A DNA stretch of 64,000 nucleotides. Origin: Octopus sinensis (taxonomy: Eukaryota). This document shows, one piece after another, positions 35,955 to 48,600 of the stretch. The notes below the pieces were generated by a model that worked only from the letters and a program-made list of their open reading frames with translations, was not told where the DNA came from and did not search any database. The first letter of the stretch is position 1. Every line of letters starts with the position of its first letter. The stretch covers positions 868,001 through 932,000 of the forward strand of contig NC_043003.1 in the NCBI RefSeq assembly GCF_006345805.1, written 5' to 3'. A program made the position numbers and the translations under genes.

Positions 35955-37119
35955 GATGCTGTTGACATGGTTTTATTGGACTTTGCCAAAGCTTTTGACT
36001 CGGTAAACCACCGCCTACTACTTGTCAAGCTTCAAGCATATAGTTTCCATCCGGATATTGTACGATGGGTTGGTGCCTTCCTCTCAGATCGCTCCTTCCA
36101 AGTTCAAGTTAATGGTTCGCGGTCCGACGTCTCCAGTGCGAGCAGTGGCGTGCCTCAAGGTTCAGTGCTTGGGCCCTTGTTGTTCTTAGTCTTCATAAAT
36201 GACTTGCCCGACGACCTCACGCAACACACCCTTCTATTTGCCGACGATATCAAACTGGTCGCTCCTCGCGGTAGTATAGAGGATCTTCGTCGATGCCTCC
36301 ACCAATTTGGAAGTGGTCTAACGATTGGGACCTGTGTCTGAACGTGTCGAAGTGCTGTCATCTGCCTGTCGGCTCTACTCCTGCAACTCAACTTGATTTC
36401 GAGCCGGGTCGTCTGCTGCTGGAGAGGACCGATCAGGTAAAGGACCTGGGTATCTTGGTGGATTCCTCCTTTTCGCCTTCGGCCAGTGCGTCCATGCTGC
36501 CAACAAAGCGCGCGGAATTCTGTTTTTGATTCGACGGTCATTCGGAATGCTCACAGCAGCCATATTCCTGCCACTCTATGTCACGCTGGTGAGACCCATA
36601 TTGGAGTATGGGATTCAAGCCTCTTCTCCTTATCTCCTCAAAGACATACAGCACCTCGAAAGAGTCCAGAGGCTGGCTACCCGCATGGTTCATGGTCTCA
36701 AAAATTTGTCCTACGAAGAAAGGCTGAGGACGCTCGACCTTCGTTCTCTTGAAAAACGCCGCCGCCGTGGTGATCTCATTCTCGCCCACAACATCATAAG
36801 CGGGAAGTGTAACCTCTCGAAAGAGCTGTTCTTCACTCCTGCTCCGGAGCGTCGGCTGCGGGGTCATTCCGAAAAGCTCTACCTGCGACGATTTCATCTC
36901 AATCGAAGGAGAGGAGCTTTCTCCGTCCGGGTTGCGGATCCGTGGAACAAGCTGCCAGACGGGAAGGTGAAGATGCCGACGACCGCTTTGTTCAAAGCCT
37001 CCCTGGACCTCAAGTGGCCTGAACTCTTTACATGAACACCACCCTGTACTTAACTCCATGTCCCCCTACATGGCCTTGCTATTTGCTTTTGAGCCAAATT
37101 AACTAACTAACTAACTAAC
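35955..37119 (+). mobile_element. 5'-truncated CR1-clade LINE (RT domain, C-terminus, 3' UTR)
   Basis: DFAKAFD, GVPQGSVLGPLLF, LFADD, LEYG, LERVQR, RRGDLI, WNKLP motifs over three frames; 3' hairpin ccatgt-ccccct-acatgg (37056-37073); (TAAC)n tail. Confidence 0.92.
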
Positions 37120-37445
37120 ATATATAAAACTCAACTTGTGTGTCTGTGTGTGTATCTGTGTGTGTGTCTGTATGTTTAACTTCCCGGCACATCTCCTCCT
37201 AGCCAACAAACCGTAGAACCACCAAAAATGGGTCACTTAAAGTTTAGGCGAATGAAAATTGAACTGCGCTATTTCTGTTCCGAAATTCATCTCGCAAGTG
37301 CAATAATCGATAATGTGTTTGTTTAGGCCTTATCCCATGCATTGAATAGTGAAATTTACTCAGTCAGCTGTTTGACGTGAACTGTGTTTACCACGCGTGC
37401 AAGCATGCGTAAATTGCATGAAAAATTAAAAAATCAAGATATATA

Positions 37446-37866
37446 GGCGCAGGAGTGACTGTGTGGTAAGTAGCTTGCTAACCAACCACATGGTTCCGGG
37501 TTCAGTCCCATGGCGTGGCATCTTGGGCAAGTGTCTTCTGCTATAGCCCCGGGCCGACCAATGCCTTGCGAGTGGAATTGGTAGACGGAAACGGAAAGAA
37601 GCCTGTCGTATATATGTATATGTATATATATATGTGTGTGTGTATGTGTTTGTGTGTCTGTGTTTGTCTCCCTAGCATTGCTTGACAACCGATGCTGGTG
37701 TGTTTACGTCCCCGTCACTTAGCGGTTCGGCAAAAGAGACCGATAGAATAAGTACTGGACTTACAAAGAATAAGTCCCGGGGTCGATTTGCTCCACTAAA
37801 GGCGGTGCTCCGGCATGGCCGCAGTCAAATGACTAAAACAAGTAAAAGAGTAAAAGAGAGTAAAGA
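37446..37866 (+). mobile_element. SINE-A full-length reference copy
   Basis: tRNA-like head with gggttcagtccc B box, CORE-like catcttgggcaagtgtctt, internal (TA)(TG) microsatellite, tail ending (gtaaaaga)n. Confidence 0.9.
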
Positions 37867-38265
37867 GTATAAAAACGAATCGCCGTAAACATTGTAGAAA
37901 TTCGGCAAAGAAATGAATTTTCGGGATGCAGCCTGGAGGGTTTTTTCGTATTAATCGTTTGGACTTTGTGAACACATACCAATTGTTTTCATAACATTTT
38001 AAAGCTTTGAATTAAATGCGACCATTTTGCGTCGAGTCTGCAGTTTGAATCACTTTAACCAAATTTTAGCAAGCCGGATTTTTGATCATCACGATACATC
38101 GCCAGCGAGTCCCTGAAACTCTCCCCTGAAATCCCCGTTGAGAAATCTATATATACAAAACTCAACTTGTGTATCTGTGTGTGTATCTGTGTGTGTGTAT
38201 CTGTGTGTTTAACTTTTGGATCTACCAAGTTTCATTATTAAGGATGGAAAGTAGTGTGTGGCAAA

Positions 38266-38658
38266 TCTACATATGTATAAAGCTGAAGTTGTCTGTGTGT
38301 GGCAGGTTTTGTAGCCTTCAACTAACACTATCTCCTTCGAGACCCTGCAGCGCAAGTTGACCAAAATTGAGAGTATGATAGAAGAAGGCTTGCTCTTCAT
38401 TCTGTAGAAGATAAAATTCAAATTGGACCATGTTAACACCAAAAATTATTTACATCAAAAAGGTGCTTTTCTTCTATGAAAATCCCTATTTTTTTACGAT
38501 TTTTGACTGCTGTGTCACCATTTTTCGGTGTATTTCAACTGGAAAAATGTTCACTTGAAGAGAATAACAAATTGCACAATGCAAAAATTTTACTTTTCAA
38601 AAATTCCAATTCTAAAGGGTCGAAACAAACCCAACCAACAACGGGATGATACTGCTAG
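38266..38658 (+). mobile_element. Complete non-autonomous Helitron-like element
   Basis: 5' TC, 3' degenerate hairpin plus CTAG, inserted between A and T. Confidence 0.7.
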
Positions 38659-39425
38659 TTATAAATAAACATAAACAATTATTTTAAAAAACCCGTCTCG
38701 TTTATGTCGAAGACAATCTTTCACTATTACAATAACATGCAACAATCTATATGTATAAAACTGAGAATGTGTGTCTGTCTGTCTGTCTCTCTGTGTGAAT
38801 CCCTAAAACTTGAGAACTACACAACCAATTTCATTCAAATTTTACACACGCCTTACTTAGGGTCCAGGGTGTGTCATGGGCAAAAAAACTTCTAACTTCT
38901 TGCCTAGGGTGAGCCCACAGCAATATCATATCTTCTCCACTATTTCAGTATTACGTGTTAAAAGTGAAACAAAAAATCTCTCTATTGTAATGTCAGATAC
39001 TTTCACTTTAATACTGAAACTATTAAAGTCAAACTATAATATAAGAGGGATAAACCATTAACAGTGGACATCCATTTTGCTAGAAGAAGATCCGCTATGG
39101 TCTTATATGCTACACCACTGGTTTTCAATTCATATTAATCAAATTAATATTCAATTTCTCACCCTTATTATTTTAAATTTAAATTTAAACCCAGGACCAT
39201 GTGTTTTGGAACGAAGTTTGTTACCACACAGCCACACCTACACCTATGTGTGTGTATGTATGTGTGTATAGCTGTATATGTATACATTTATTTCTATACA
39301 TATAGATGTATATGTATACATGTATATGTGTAGATGTATATATATATATATATATATATAGATGTACATGTAATATGTACACATATATATTCACATATAT
39401 ACATGCATACATATATACATGCATA

Positions 39426-39467
<42 letters not shown>

Positions 39468-39469
39468 TA

Positions 39470-39790
39470 GGTGCAGGTGTGGCTGTGTGGTAACAAACTT
39501 CGTACCAAAAAAACACATGGTCCTGGGTTCAGTCCCACTGTGTGGTGACCTGGCATGTGCTTTCTGCTATAGCCTCAGACCAACCAAAGCCTTGTCAGTG
39601 GGTTCTGTAGACAGAAACTGAAAGAAATCAATTGTATGTATATGTATGTATATATGTAAGTCTTGTGTGTGTCTTTGTGTTTCTCCCTCATCACTGCTTC
39701 ACAACTGGTGTTCGTTTATTTACATCCCCATAACTTACTGGTTTCACAAGAAGAAACTGATAGAATAAGTACCAGGCTTATCAACATATT
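39470..39790 (+). mobile_element. SINE-A (near full-length); inverted head fragment at about 39185-39240
   Basis: gctgtgtggtaacaaacttcgtacc..gggttcagtcccactg..gatagaataagtaccagg. Confidence 0.8.
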
Positions 39791-39877
39791 ATCATAAGAG
39801 ATAAAAAAGCACTACGCAGCGTCTCATATTTTTGTTTGCCCACTCAGTTGTATCTATCAATTTATCTATGTGTGTGT

Positions 39878-39922
<45 letters not shown>

Positions 39923-39984
39923 CATATATATATATATAAATATGGATTTTGTAGACAGGAACTGAAACAAATCAATCGTATATA

Positions 39985-41254
39985 CAAGGGGCGTTCAATA
40001 AGTAATGCCCCTGACCCACTTCCCATAGCAGTAGAGCAACGAAACTTGGCACAGTTATTAGTCTTTTTCTACATAGGAACCACCCAGAGTTACGCATTTC
40101 TACCATTGTTTGATGCAGCTCTGGAGACCGTTTTTATAGAAGACCCCAGCTTGGTCCTCCAACCTGAACGCGACTTCAGAAATCAAGGCTGCATCATCTG
40201 GGAAACGCTTTCCTTTCAAAAACAACTTCATGATTGGGAAGAGGTGAAAATCAGAGGTCAGGAAAGTAGGAGGGATGGGGAGGAGTTCATAGCCATACGC
40301 CTGTGCTTCTGATCTGGCGACAAGCGAGTTGTGGACCGGAGCGTTGTCCTGCAGGAGGAGGATGCCTTTGCTGATCTTGCCCCGCCTCTTGATTTTGATA
40401 ACCTCAAAAGTGAAGCATAATAGGCTCCTGCAATTGTGGTACCCTTTGCCAGGAAATCTGTCATCAGTACTCCGTCCTGGTCCCAGAAGACTGTGAGCAT
40501 GACCTTGCCAGCGGAGTGCTGCACCCTTGCCTTCTTTGGAGGGGGTGAGTCCCGGTGCTTCCACTGCATTGACTGGGATTTGGTCTCTGGATCATCGTGA
40601 TGGACCCAGGTTTCATCCTGTGTAATCAGTCTTTTGAAAAATTTTGACTCATCTTCTTGGCACATCTCCAAATTCACCCTCGAGCACTCGATGCGTTCTT
40701 GCTTCTGGAAAGGCGTGAGCAACCTGGGAATCCATCTGGCAGACACCTTTTGCATATGCAAATGGTCATGAATGATAGTTTCCACAGACCCGGTACTAAT
40801 CTTGACCTCATGGGCTATTTAGCGAATAATTATGCATCGATCTTCCAAAATGGCAGCCTCAACTCGACGGACAGATGCCTCATCAATGGCAAAAGGGGGC
40901 GACCAGATCTGGGAGCTGTTTCCACAGAGTTCCGACCATGTTTGAATTCACGATGCCAGCGTTTTACAAGGTCATATGATGGGGCATCATCACCATAAGT
41001 TACTTTCATTTCATCAAAAGTCTCCCGTAGTGTGCGTCCTTTCAAATACAAAAACCGGATCACTGCTCGACACTCAACAGGCTCCATTTAACACTTGACT
41101 CGGTTCAAACACCTGTAAATCAGAAACCACAATTAGTTCAAAGATGTTATTTGCTACTTCATCTATGGAGATATAAATAATTGCACATGCAAAATTTCAG
41201 CTAGATCAAACAACTGCAAGTGGGTCAGAGGCGTTACTTATTGAACGTCCCTCG
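39985..41254 (-). mobile_element. Full-length decayed mariner (DD34D-type) transposon
   Basis: 37-bp TIRs with 4 mismatches, TA on the left flank; transposase from ATG 41087 across frameshifts with WIPRLL, ITQDETW and QDNAPVH motifs. Confidence 0.92.
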
Positions 41255-41269
41255 TCTCGTATGTATATA

Positions 41270-42836
41270 TGTAAGTGTATGTGTTTTGGTATTGGCAACA
41301 TGAATGACAATGGCCAGAGACTACTTGAATTTTGCACATACCATAACCTGTGCATCACTAACACATTCTTTGCCAACAAGACATCCCACAAGGCATCTTG
41401 AAGTCATCCAAGATCTAACCATTGGCATCAGCTGGATCTCATCATTACACGGAGACCCTTTCTGAATTCTGTTCAACTGACCCGTAGTTACCACAGCGTG
41501 GATTGTGAAACAGATCATTCACTAATAAGAAGCAGGTTGAGGATTCTGTCTAAAAAGTCCATCACTCCAAGAAAATGGGCCGACCACGCATTAACACTGC
41601 CAGAACCTCAGACCCAACACTGCGAAAATGTTTTGCTATTTCTATCAAGGTTGTCCTCAGTAGCTGCCCAACCTCCTCTGCTGAAAGTAGGTGGAATTAT
41701 ATCAGGGAAACTTTGAATACCACATCAATAGATACTTTCGGCATGAGAGAAAGGCGAAATCCAGATTTTGTTCAGTGCTGGGATCTCAGAGCTGGAAACA
41801 GTTATCGAAACAAAGCGTGCAGCTCTGATGTAATACAAGAGTGATTCTTCTATAAAGTCACTCGAAGAACTCAGAAAGGCAAGAAATAAAACCCAACTGA
41901 CTGCCAGACGCTGCACAAATAGGTATTGGCAGGAAATCTGTCAGAGTATCCAGTCAGCTGCTGACAGTGGCGACACCCGTGGGATGTATGCCGGTTTGAA
42001 GAAGGCCCTCGGTCCATCCGCAACCCAGTCAGCCCCTCTGAAATCAACTACTAAGGATCTCATCAAGGACCAAAGCAAGCAAATGGATAGATGGGTGGAG
42101 TACTACCAGGATCTCTACTCACGGGAGACCACAGTATCTGAGGCTGCAATCGAGGGTGTCAAGATCTTGCCAATCATGTGTGAACTTGACAGTCTGCCAT
42201 CTATAGCAGAGCTCACCAAGGCTATCGACTCCCTAGCAAGTAACAAGGCTCCGGGAAAAGACGGCATCCCCTTAGATATCATCAAAACCGGCAAAAACAC
42301 CAACCTGCTTCGGCACATTCATGAGCTTCTGTGTCAGTGCTGGGAAGAGGGTACAGTCCCTCAGGATATGCAGGATGCTAACATCATTACGCTTTACAAA
42401 AACAAAGGTGACCGTGGTGATTGCAACAATTACCGTGGAATATCTCTTCTAAGCACTGTTGGAAAGGCCTCTGCTCGCATTATCCTGTCCAGGCTGCAAC
42501 TGCTTGCTTCTCGAATTTATCCAGAATCGCAGTGTGACTTTAGAAGAAGCAGATAAACTATTGACATGATATTCTCCATACGCCAACTTCAGGAGAAGTC
42601 CAGAGAGCAGAAAATGCCATTATATATGGCCTTCATTGATCTGACAAAGGCCTTTGACTTTGTAAGTAGAAAAGGGCTCTTCATCCTGCTCCAAAAAGTC
42701 GGATGTCCACCAAAGCTGCTGAGGATCATCAAATCTTTCCATGATGATATGCAAGGCACCATACAGCACAATGGTTTACCATCAGCCACCTTCAAATAAA
42801 AAACGGGGTAAAGCAAGGTTGTGCCCTCGCTCCTAC
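41270..42836 (+). mobile_element. RTE-clade (BovB-like) LINE fragment: late APE domain to mid RT, truncated at both ends
   Basis: NDNGQRLLEFC..NTFF..HPRSNHWHQLDLII, KAPGKDGIP, NNYRGISLLS, PESQC, FIDLTKAFD, GVKQGCALAP. Confidence 0.9.
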
Positions 42837-42938
42837 TTAGCGGTTCGGCAAAAGAGACTGATAGAATAAGTACTAGGCTTACAAAGAATAAGTCCTGGGG
42901 TCGATTTGTTCGACTAAAGTCGGTGCTCTAGCATGGCC
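42837..42938 (+). mobile_element. SINE-A tail fragment fused to the RTE
   Basis: cttagcggttcggcaaaagagactgatagaataagtact. Confidence 0.85.
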
Positions 42939-42939
42939 T

Positions 42940-43312
42940 TGTGGGGTCTACACACTTCTGCCAGCGTTCCTGCCACTGCTGGAAACACTTCTAGAAATCA
43001 CTTTTTGAGATGCTGTGGAGCTGTGCCATCGAATATTTGCTTAATGTCCTTTATTGACTCCAATCTCCTCCCTTTGAGTGGTTTTTTTTAAAGCTTTAGG
43101 AATAGCCAAAAGTTACACAGAGCCAAGTCTGGGGAGTAGGAAGCCTGATGGACAAGTGGTGTGTTTTGCATGACGAGGAATGATTGGATGACATGAGTGG
43201 AATAAGCAGGTGTGTTGTCATGCTGGAGTTGCCAGTTCTTTGCTGCCCACAGGTCGGGTTGTTTTCGTAGAAGGTCTTCATAGACTATTCCTCAAACCTT
43301 TGCAATCATTTC
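42940..43312 (-). mobile_element. Mariner transposase C-terminal fragment
   Basis: YSPDLALCNFWLFLK..KGRRLESIKDIKQ and a FQQWQERWQKCV-like end. Confidence 0.75.
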
Positions 43313-43314
43313 GT

Positions 43315-43566
43315 CGTTTCTGCTAGTTGATCGTCTGCCACAACATGGCTCACTGTCCACTGAGATGCGACCATCTTGAACTGTTTGAACAGCTCCTTGA
43401 TTTCTATTTTTCTCCATAGCATCATCTCCAAAGGAACTTGTAAAATAACCTGAAATATAATTTGCCGAAAAGAAATCGGGCAGGTCGGCCCCGTGTTTCT
43501 CGAGCCGTGTCTGTAGAGCTTATCCCGAACGCGTAGCGCTTCTCGGTAGCACTGCCAGGCCAGGGA
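43315..43566 (-). mobile_element. Tx1/L1-like ORF2 zinc-finger region fragment
   Basis: [20 protein letters not shown] is homologous to about 22055-22110. Confidence 0.65.
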
Positions 43567-43604
43567 TAGGTAGATAGATAGACATATAGATAGACAGATA
43601 GATT

Positions 43605-43780
<176 letters not shown>

Positions 43781-43789
43781 TATTTATAT

Positions 43790-44018
43790 CTCTTTACTAC
43801 CCACAAGGGGCCAAACACAGAGGGGACAAACAAGGTCAGACAAAGGGATTAAGTCGATTACATCGACCCCAGTGCGTAGCTGGTACTTAGTTTATCGACC
43901 CTGAAGGGTTGAAAGGCAAAGTCGACCTCGGCGGAATTTGAACTCGGAACGTAACGACAGACGAAATGCGACTATGTATTTCGCCCGGTGTGCTAACGTT
44001 TCTGCCAGCTCGCCGCCT
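43790..44018 (-). mobile_element. SINE-B full-length (tail Y), between (GATA)n arrays
   Basis: Complete head-to-tail match. Confidence 0.9.
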
Positions 44019-44130
<112 letters not shown>

Positions 44131-44133
44131 CAG

Positions 44134-44180
<47 letters not shown>

Positions 44181-44194
44181 CAGATAGATAGATG

Positions 44195-44230
<36 letters not shown>

Positions 44231-44261
44231 TAGATAGATAGATAGATAGATAGATAGACAG

Positions 44262-44333
<72 letters not shown>

Positions 44334-45399
44334 GGATAGATAGACAGATAGATAGATAGATATGGCGGATGGCTGCATGAACAATCAGAAATGAAGAGGA
44401 AAGCCTGGAAATGTCAGTAAGTTTTCGTAAACTGCTCGCATAAGTATCTGGGTTAATAGGTTCTCTTCGCATTACCGGCCGGCCATGGAGTCAGCTGCTG
44501 CTGCTGCTGTTGTTGTTGTTACAATTGTATTTTGTCAAACAATTGGTTGCTGCTGTGAACTCAATGAAATGAAGAGGCGATGGTGTGTGTGTGTGTGTAT
44601 TGTGTATGTATGTGCGTGTATGTGTGTGTACGTGCGTGCGTGTGTGTGTGTGTATGCGTACGTATGAATATATGTATGGGTACGTGTGCGTATGTGTGTG
44701 TATATTTCTGCTCTCATGTGCTTTTACTGTTTATCATCATCATCATCACCAACTTCTTCCCCTCTTCCTCTTCATGGCCACCACCACCACCACCACCGTT
44801 ACTTTCATCGTCATCGTGTTCGTTCTCCTCCTCCGTTTCCTCCCCATCCTCCTTGAATGTTCATCACCATCACCACCATCATCCCCCACCATCAACCCCC
44901 ATCACCCCCCATCACCCCCCGTCATCATACCAACACTGGTTGAAATAATTAAGGAGGGACCAAATATGAGATAACGCAATTCTTTCCGTCAAATCAATAG
45001 AAAAAAAAAATGAGACGATGATGTCTTCGCAATCAGTTTTCCACAATTTATGCTAAATATTCCGAAAACCCACTCGCTTGCTTTTCTATCATCAGATATT
45101 GTTTCCTCTCATTTTATGTATTCCTTCCTTCCTTTAGTCTTCATTTATTTTTCATCTTGCGATTGTTTTCCTGTCTCTGAAAAGAATAATCGGCGCGGAT
45201 GATAATTCTTGCAAAAAAAAAAAGGCAAGGGAGATAATTCTGTACAACTTTCACCACCACCACCGCCGTCGCCGCCGCCACCACCACTACCACCACCACC
45301 ACCACCGCCGCCGCCGCCGCCGCCGCCACCGCAACCACCACTAAAGTCAGAAGTTTTTATAACGATTTGCAGAAAAACGAAAGTGGATTTCTGTTAAAA

Positions 45400-45865
45400 A
45401 AAGTTTTTCTGGCAAGCAAAAGCTGGTTTGAATTTGCGCGACTTAAAAATGACCGGTGAAGTTACCAATGCTTATACAATTACTGCTGCTAATTAGCTTG
45501 AGCAGTTGAAAAAAAATTACGCTAATGAGGATACACGCCAGGGTAAATATACAGTTTTGATGAAACTGTACTCTTCCGGGAGTTCATGCCTACCAATTTC
45601 TTTTATTTCTCCTGAAGAAAACACAACACAAAGACTTAAAACTTGCAAAAATCGTCTGACATTTCTTCTGGGAAGAAATGCCGTCTGGTCTATGAAATTG
45701 AAGCCCTTACTCGTGCAACACTTTGAAATTCAAAGTGTCTTCAAGGGTTACGCAAAGTTTAATGAACCAGTGATTTGGCATTCAAATAAGGATACTAAAA
45801 CCCTTTTCGAAGAACCGTTTCCAAAAGTTTTTTGTCCAACTGTAGAAAATGTGGTTTCAAATTTT
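45400..45865 (+). mobile_element. Tigger/pogo transposase fragment
   Basis: KNRLTFLLGRNAV..MKLKPLLV..PVIWHSNK; homologous to 30690-31250. Confidence 0.75.
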
Positions 45866-45869
45866 GGTA

Positions 45870-46045
45870 TTAGGTTAACAAGTTCGCGGGGAGGGAGTTA
45901 AATCGATTATATCGACCCCAGTGTACCACCGGTACTTATTTCATCGACCCTGAAAGGATGAAAGGCAATGTCGACCTCGACAGAATTTGAACTCAGAACG
46001 TAAAGACGGATGCAATGCTGCCAAGCATTCTGCTAGCTCGCCGCC
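45870..46045 (-). mobile_element. SINE-B; degenerate inverted copy at about 46170-46290
   Basis: SINE-B block. Confidence 0.75.
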
Positions 46046-46339
46046 ATGATATTTCCAGCAAAGTGTTGCTCCATTTAGACAATGCAGGGAGCCGAGACAT
46101 CCAGGGAAATTAAACGCGCTTTCTGACAATGTGAGCGTAGAATATATTACAATACATTATGGTGTCGTAGTAATGTTTTCACGAATTAGAGTTCAAATCC
46201 CGCCGGAGTTGGCTTTGACTTTTATCGTCCTGGGATTGGGTAGGTCGATTGAATATGTAGCAGTCATATACTGAGCTAAGTATTTTCTAAAGCATGTGTG
46301 TGTGTGTGTATGTTTCTTCTATTTTTTAATTATTATAAA

Positions 46340-47205
46340 TCTTCCACTGAGGAGGGAGCCGGTTTCCAACAAAGACACAAAGCTCCATCTTTGGGATGTA
46401 GTTAACAGAGACAAATTCACATTTGGAACTTAAGTAAAGTCTTGCATATTTTTATTGTTCCACTCACAGATTGCACTTGTAATGTACGAATTAGCTGGTC
46501 GATTTCTCTTCCTGGAAATCCCGGTTTATCCAGATTCTCCTTTAAGCATTTACTAACAAAACCTAGTGCTCCAATTATTATTGGTATGAATATGAATTCA
46601 TAGTCTGGATATAGAAGCTGGAAGTTTCGAAGCAGTTGTCCATAGATATCATCTTTTTCTTTTATTTTCAAAGAGTTACTCATATCTGCAGGGCAGCTGA
46701 CCTCTGTAATGGTACATACCTTTGCCCTCTGTCCCAAACAACGATATCCGGCCTGTTATGTTTACATTTGACAGAAGTTTTGATGGGAATATTCCACCAG
46801 TATTCCTTGAGTTGGTGTTTATGAATGTATTCCATAACAGAGGGATCTTCTAAGTTTATTTCAGGACAGTCTTTTTTGCGGATGGTATTGTAAATTGTTT
46901 TAGCGACAACATCGTGCCGCGTAGGGACGACATTTTAGGACAGCTGCTAATCACATGCGCGATGTCTTCCTCAGAAACATGACATAGCCTACACATGCGG
47001 TTGCACCTTGGGATTGCAAGAGCGACTCTGTCCCTCTTGTTCACCAGGTGCTTTGTGGCAATCTCCTGTTCCTGGATTGCAAATGCATAGCCCTCAAAGT
47101 GTGATGTGATGTAGTGGTCTTGTGTCCAAGCCAAGAGAGGCTACGCTTCGTGTCAATTCTACTGTCTTCTTTAAGCTTCCGGGCAACATATCCATGCATA
47201 GTCTT
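46340..47205 (-). mobile_element. R4/Dong-like non-LTR retrotransposon 3' end (CCHC finger + restriction-like endonuclease)
   Basis: CRLC..EDIAHVISSC, RHDVVAKTI, RPDIVVWD..ITEVSCP..K..IY motifs of REL-type elements; stop codon at 46417. Confidence 0.85.
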
Positions 47206-47345
47206 TTTTTTTATATGTATGTATGTATGTATGTATGTGTGTGTGTATGTATGTATGTATGTATGTATGTATGTATGTATGTATGTATGTGTGTGTGTAT
47301 GTATGTATGTATGTATGTATGTATGTATGTATGTGTGTGTGTATA

Positions 47346-47568
47346 CGAGGGTGTGCTGAAAAGTTCCTGGCTTTAAGAGTGTCGCGAAATGCCTGGTTGT
47401 AGGTCCAACTGTCCGAGATTCTTTTACAGGGCTTCGAAAAACTGAAGGACCGCTTCAACAAATGCATGAATCTGAGAGGAGAAATTCATGGAATAAAATC
47501 GTAATCAACTGATCCTCCTGTATTTTCTTTTACGCAAAGCCGAGAACTTTTCAGCCCCCCCTCCCTCA
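47346..47568 (+). mobile_element. Mariner-derived MITE
   Basis: TA|cgagggtgtgctgaaaagttcctggcttt ... aaagccgagaacttttcagc..cctca|TA; internal GFEKLKDRFNKCMNLRG transposase end. Confidence 0.85.
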
Positions 47569-47725
47569 TATACACACACAGATAGATTAGATAGATAGAT
47601 AGATAGATCGGTGTATGCATGTATGCATTAAGTTTGCATGTGTGTATGCATGCATTGATGTATGTGTGCATGTGCCTCTGTAATATATATGAATGTATGC
47701 AAATACATACATACAAGCACATAGA

Positions 47726-47760
<35 letters not shown>

Positions 47761-47783
47761 GAATGTATATGCAGGCAGCCGTC

Positions 47784-47822
<39 letters not shown>

Positions 47823-48039
47823 ATCTGCCAGTCTCTCTCGCCATCAGTTTGTCTCGCAGCACACTGCAGTATTGGAAAATATATCCAGCCTAGATTAGGA
47901 ATAAAGATGACGGAAAGAAAATCCTGGATGCTGGACGTTGTGGAGAGATTGGTGTTGTCAAGGAAACCAATCCAGAACATGGCCGCTATGGGACAACGAC
48001 AATGTCACACCATATTTTTGTCGTCGCCCATCTTAATGC

Positions 48040-48040
48040 A

Positions 48041-48097
<57 letters not shown>

Positions 48098-48253
48098 CGG
48101 TGGTGGTGGTGGTGGTGGTGGTGGTGGTGGTGGTGGGAAGATAATGTTAGGGGTGGTAGTGGGAGTAGTTGTAATGGGCCGTGTCAGACCATGACATATT
48201 GATGCTATATAGGGTTGTGGTGGTGGTGGTGGTGGTGGTGGTTATAATGATGA

Positions 48254-48294
<41 letters not shown>

Positions 48295-48600
48295 AATGAT
48301 GGTGATGGTGGTGGTGGTGATGGTGGTGGTGATGGTGATGATGATGATGACGATGATGATGATGATGATGATGATGATAATGATGGTGATGGTGGTGGTG
48401 GTGATGATGATGATGATGATGATGATGGTGGTGATGGTGATGGTGATGATGGTGATGGTGATGGTGATGATGGTGATGGTGATGATGCTGATGATGATGA
48501 TGATGATGATAATGATGGTGATGGTGATGATGGTGATGATGGTCATGATGGTCATGATGATGCTGATGATGATGATGATTACGACAACGACGACGACAAG
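48040..48600. repeat. (AGT)n-(GGT)n-(GAT/GGT)n low-complexity block
   Basis: Directly visible. Confidence 0.95.

Larger units (their letters stand above)
37120..39120 (+). mobile_element. Cluster of non-autonomous Helitron/Helentron-like elements
   Basis: Repeated 5' ends (atc)tatatataaaa-ctcaact/ctga followed by (TG/TCTG)n at about 37120, 38145, 38266 and 38746. Confidence 0.6.
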
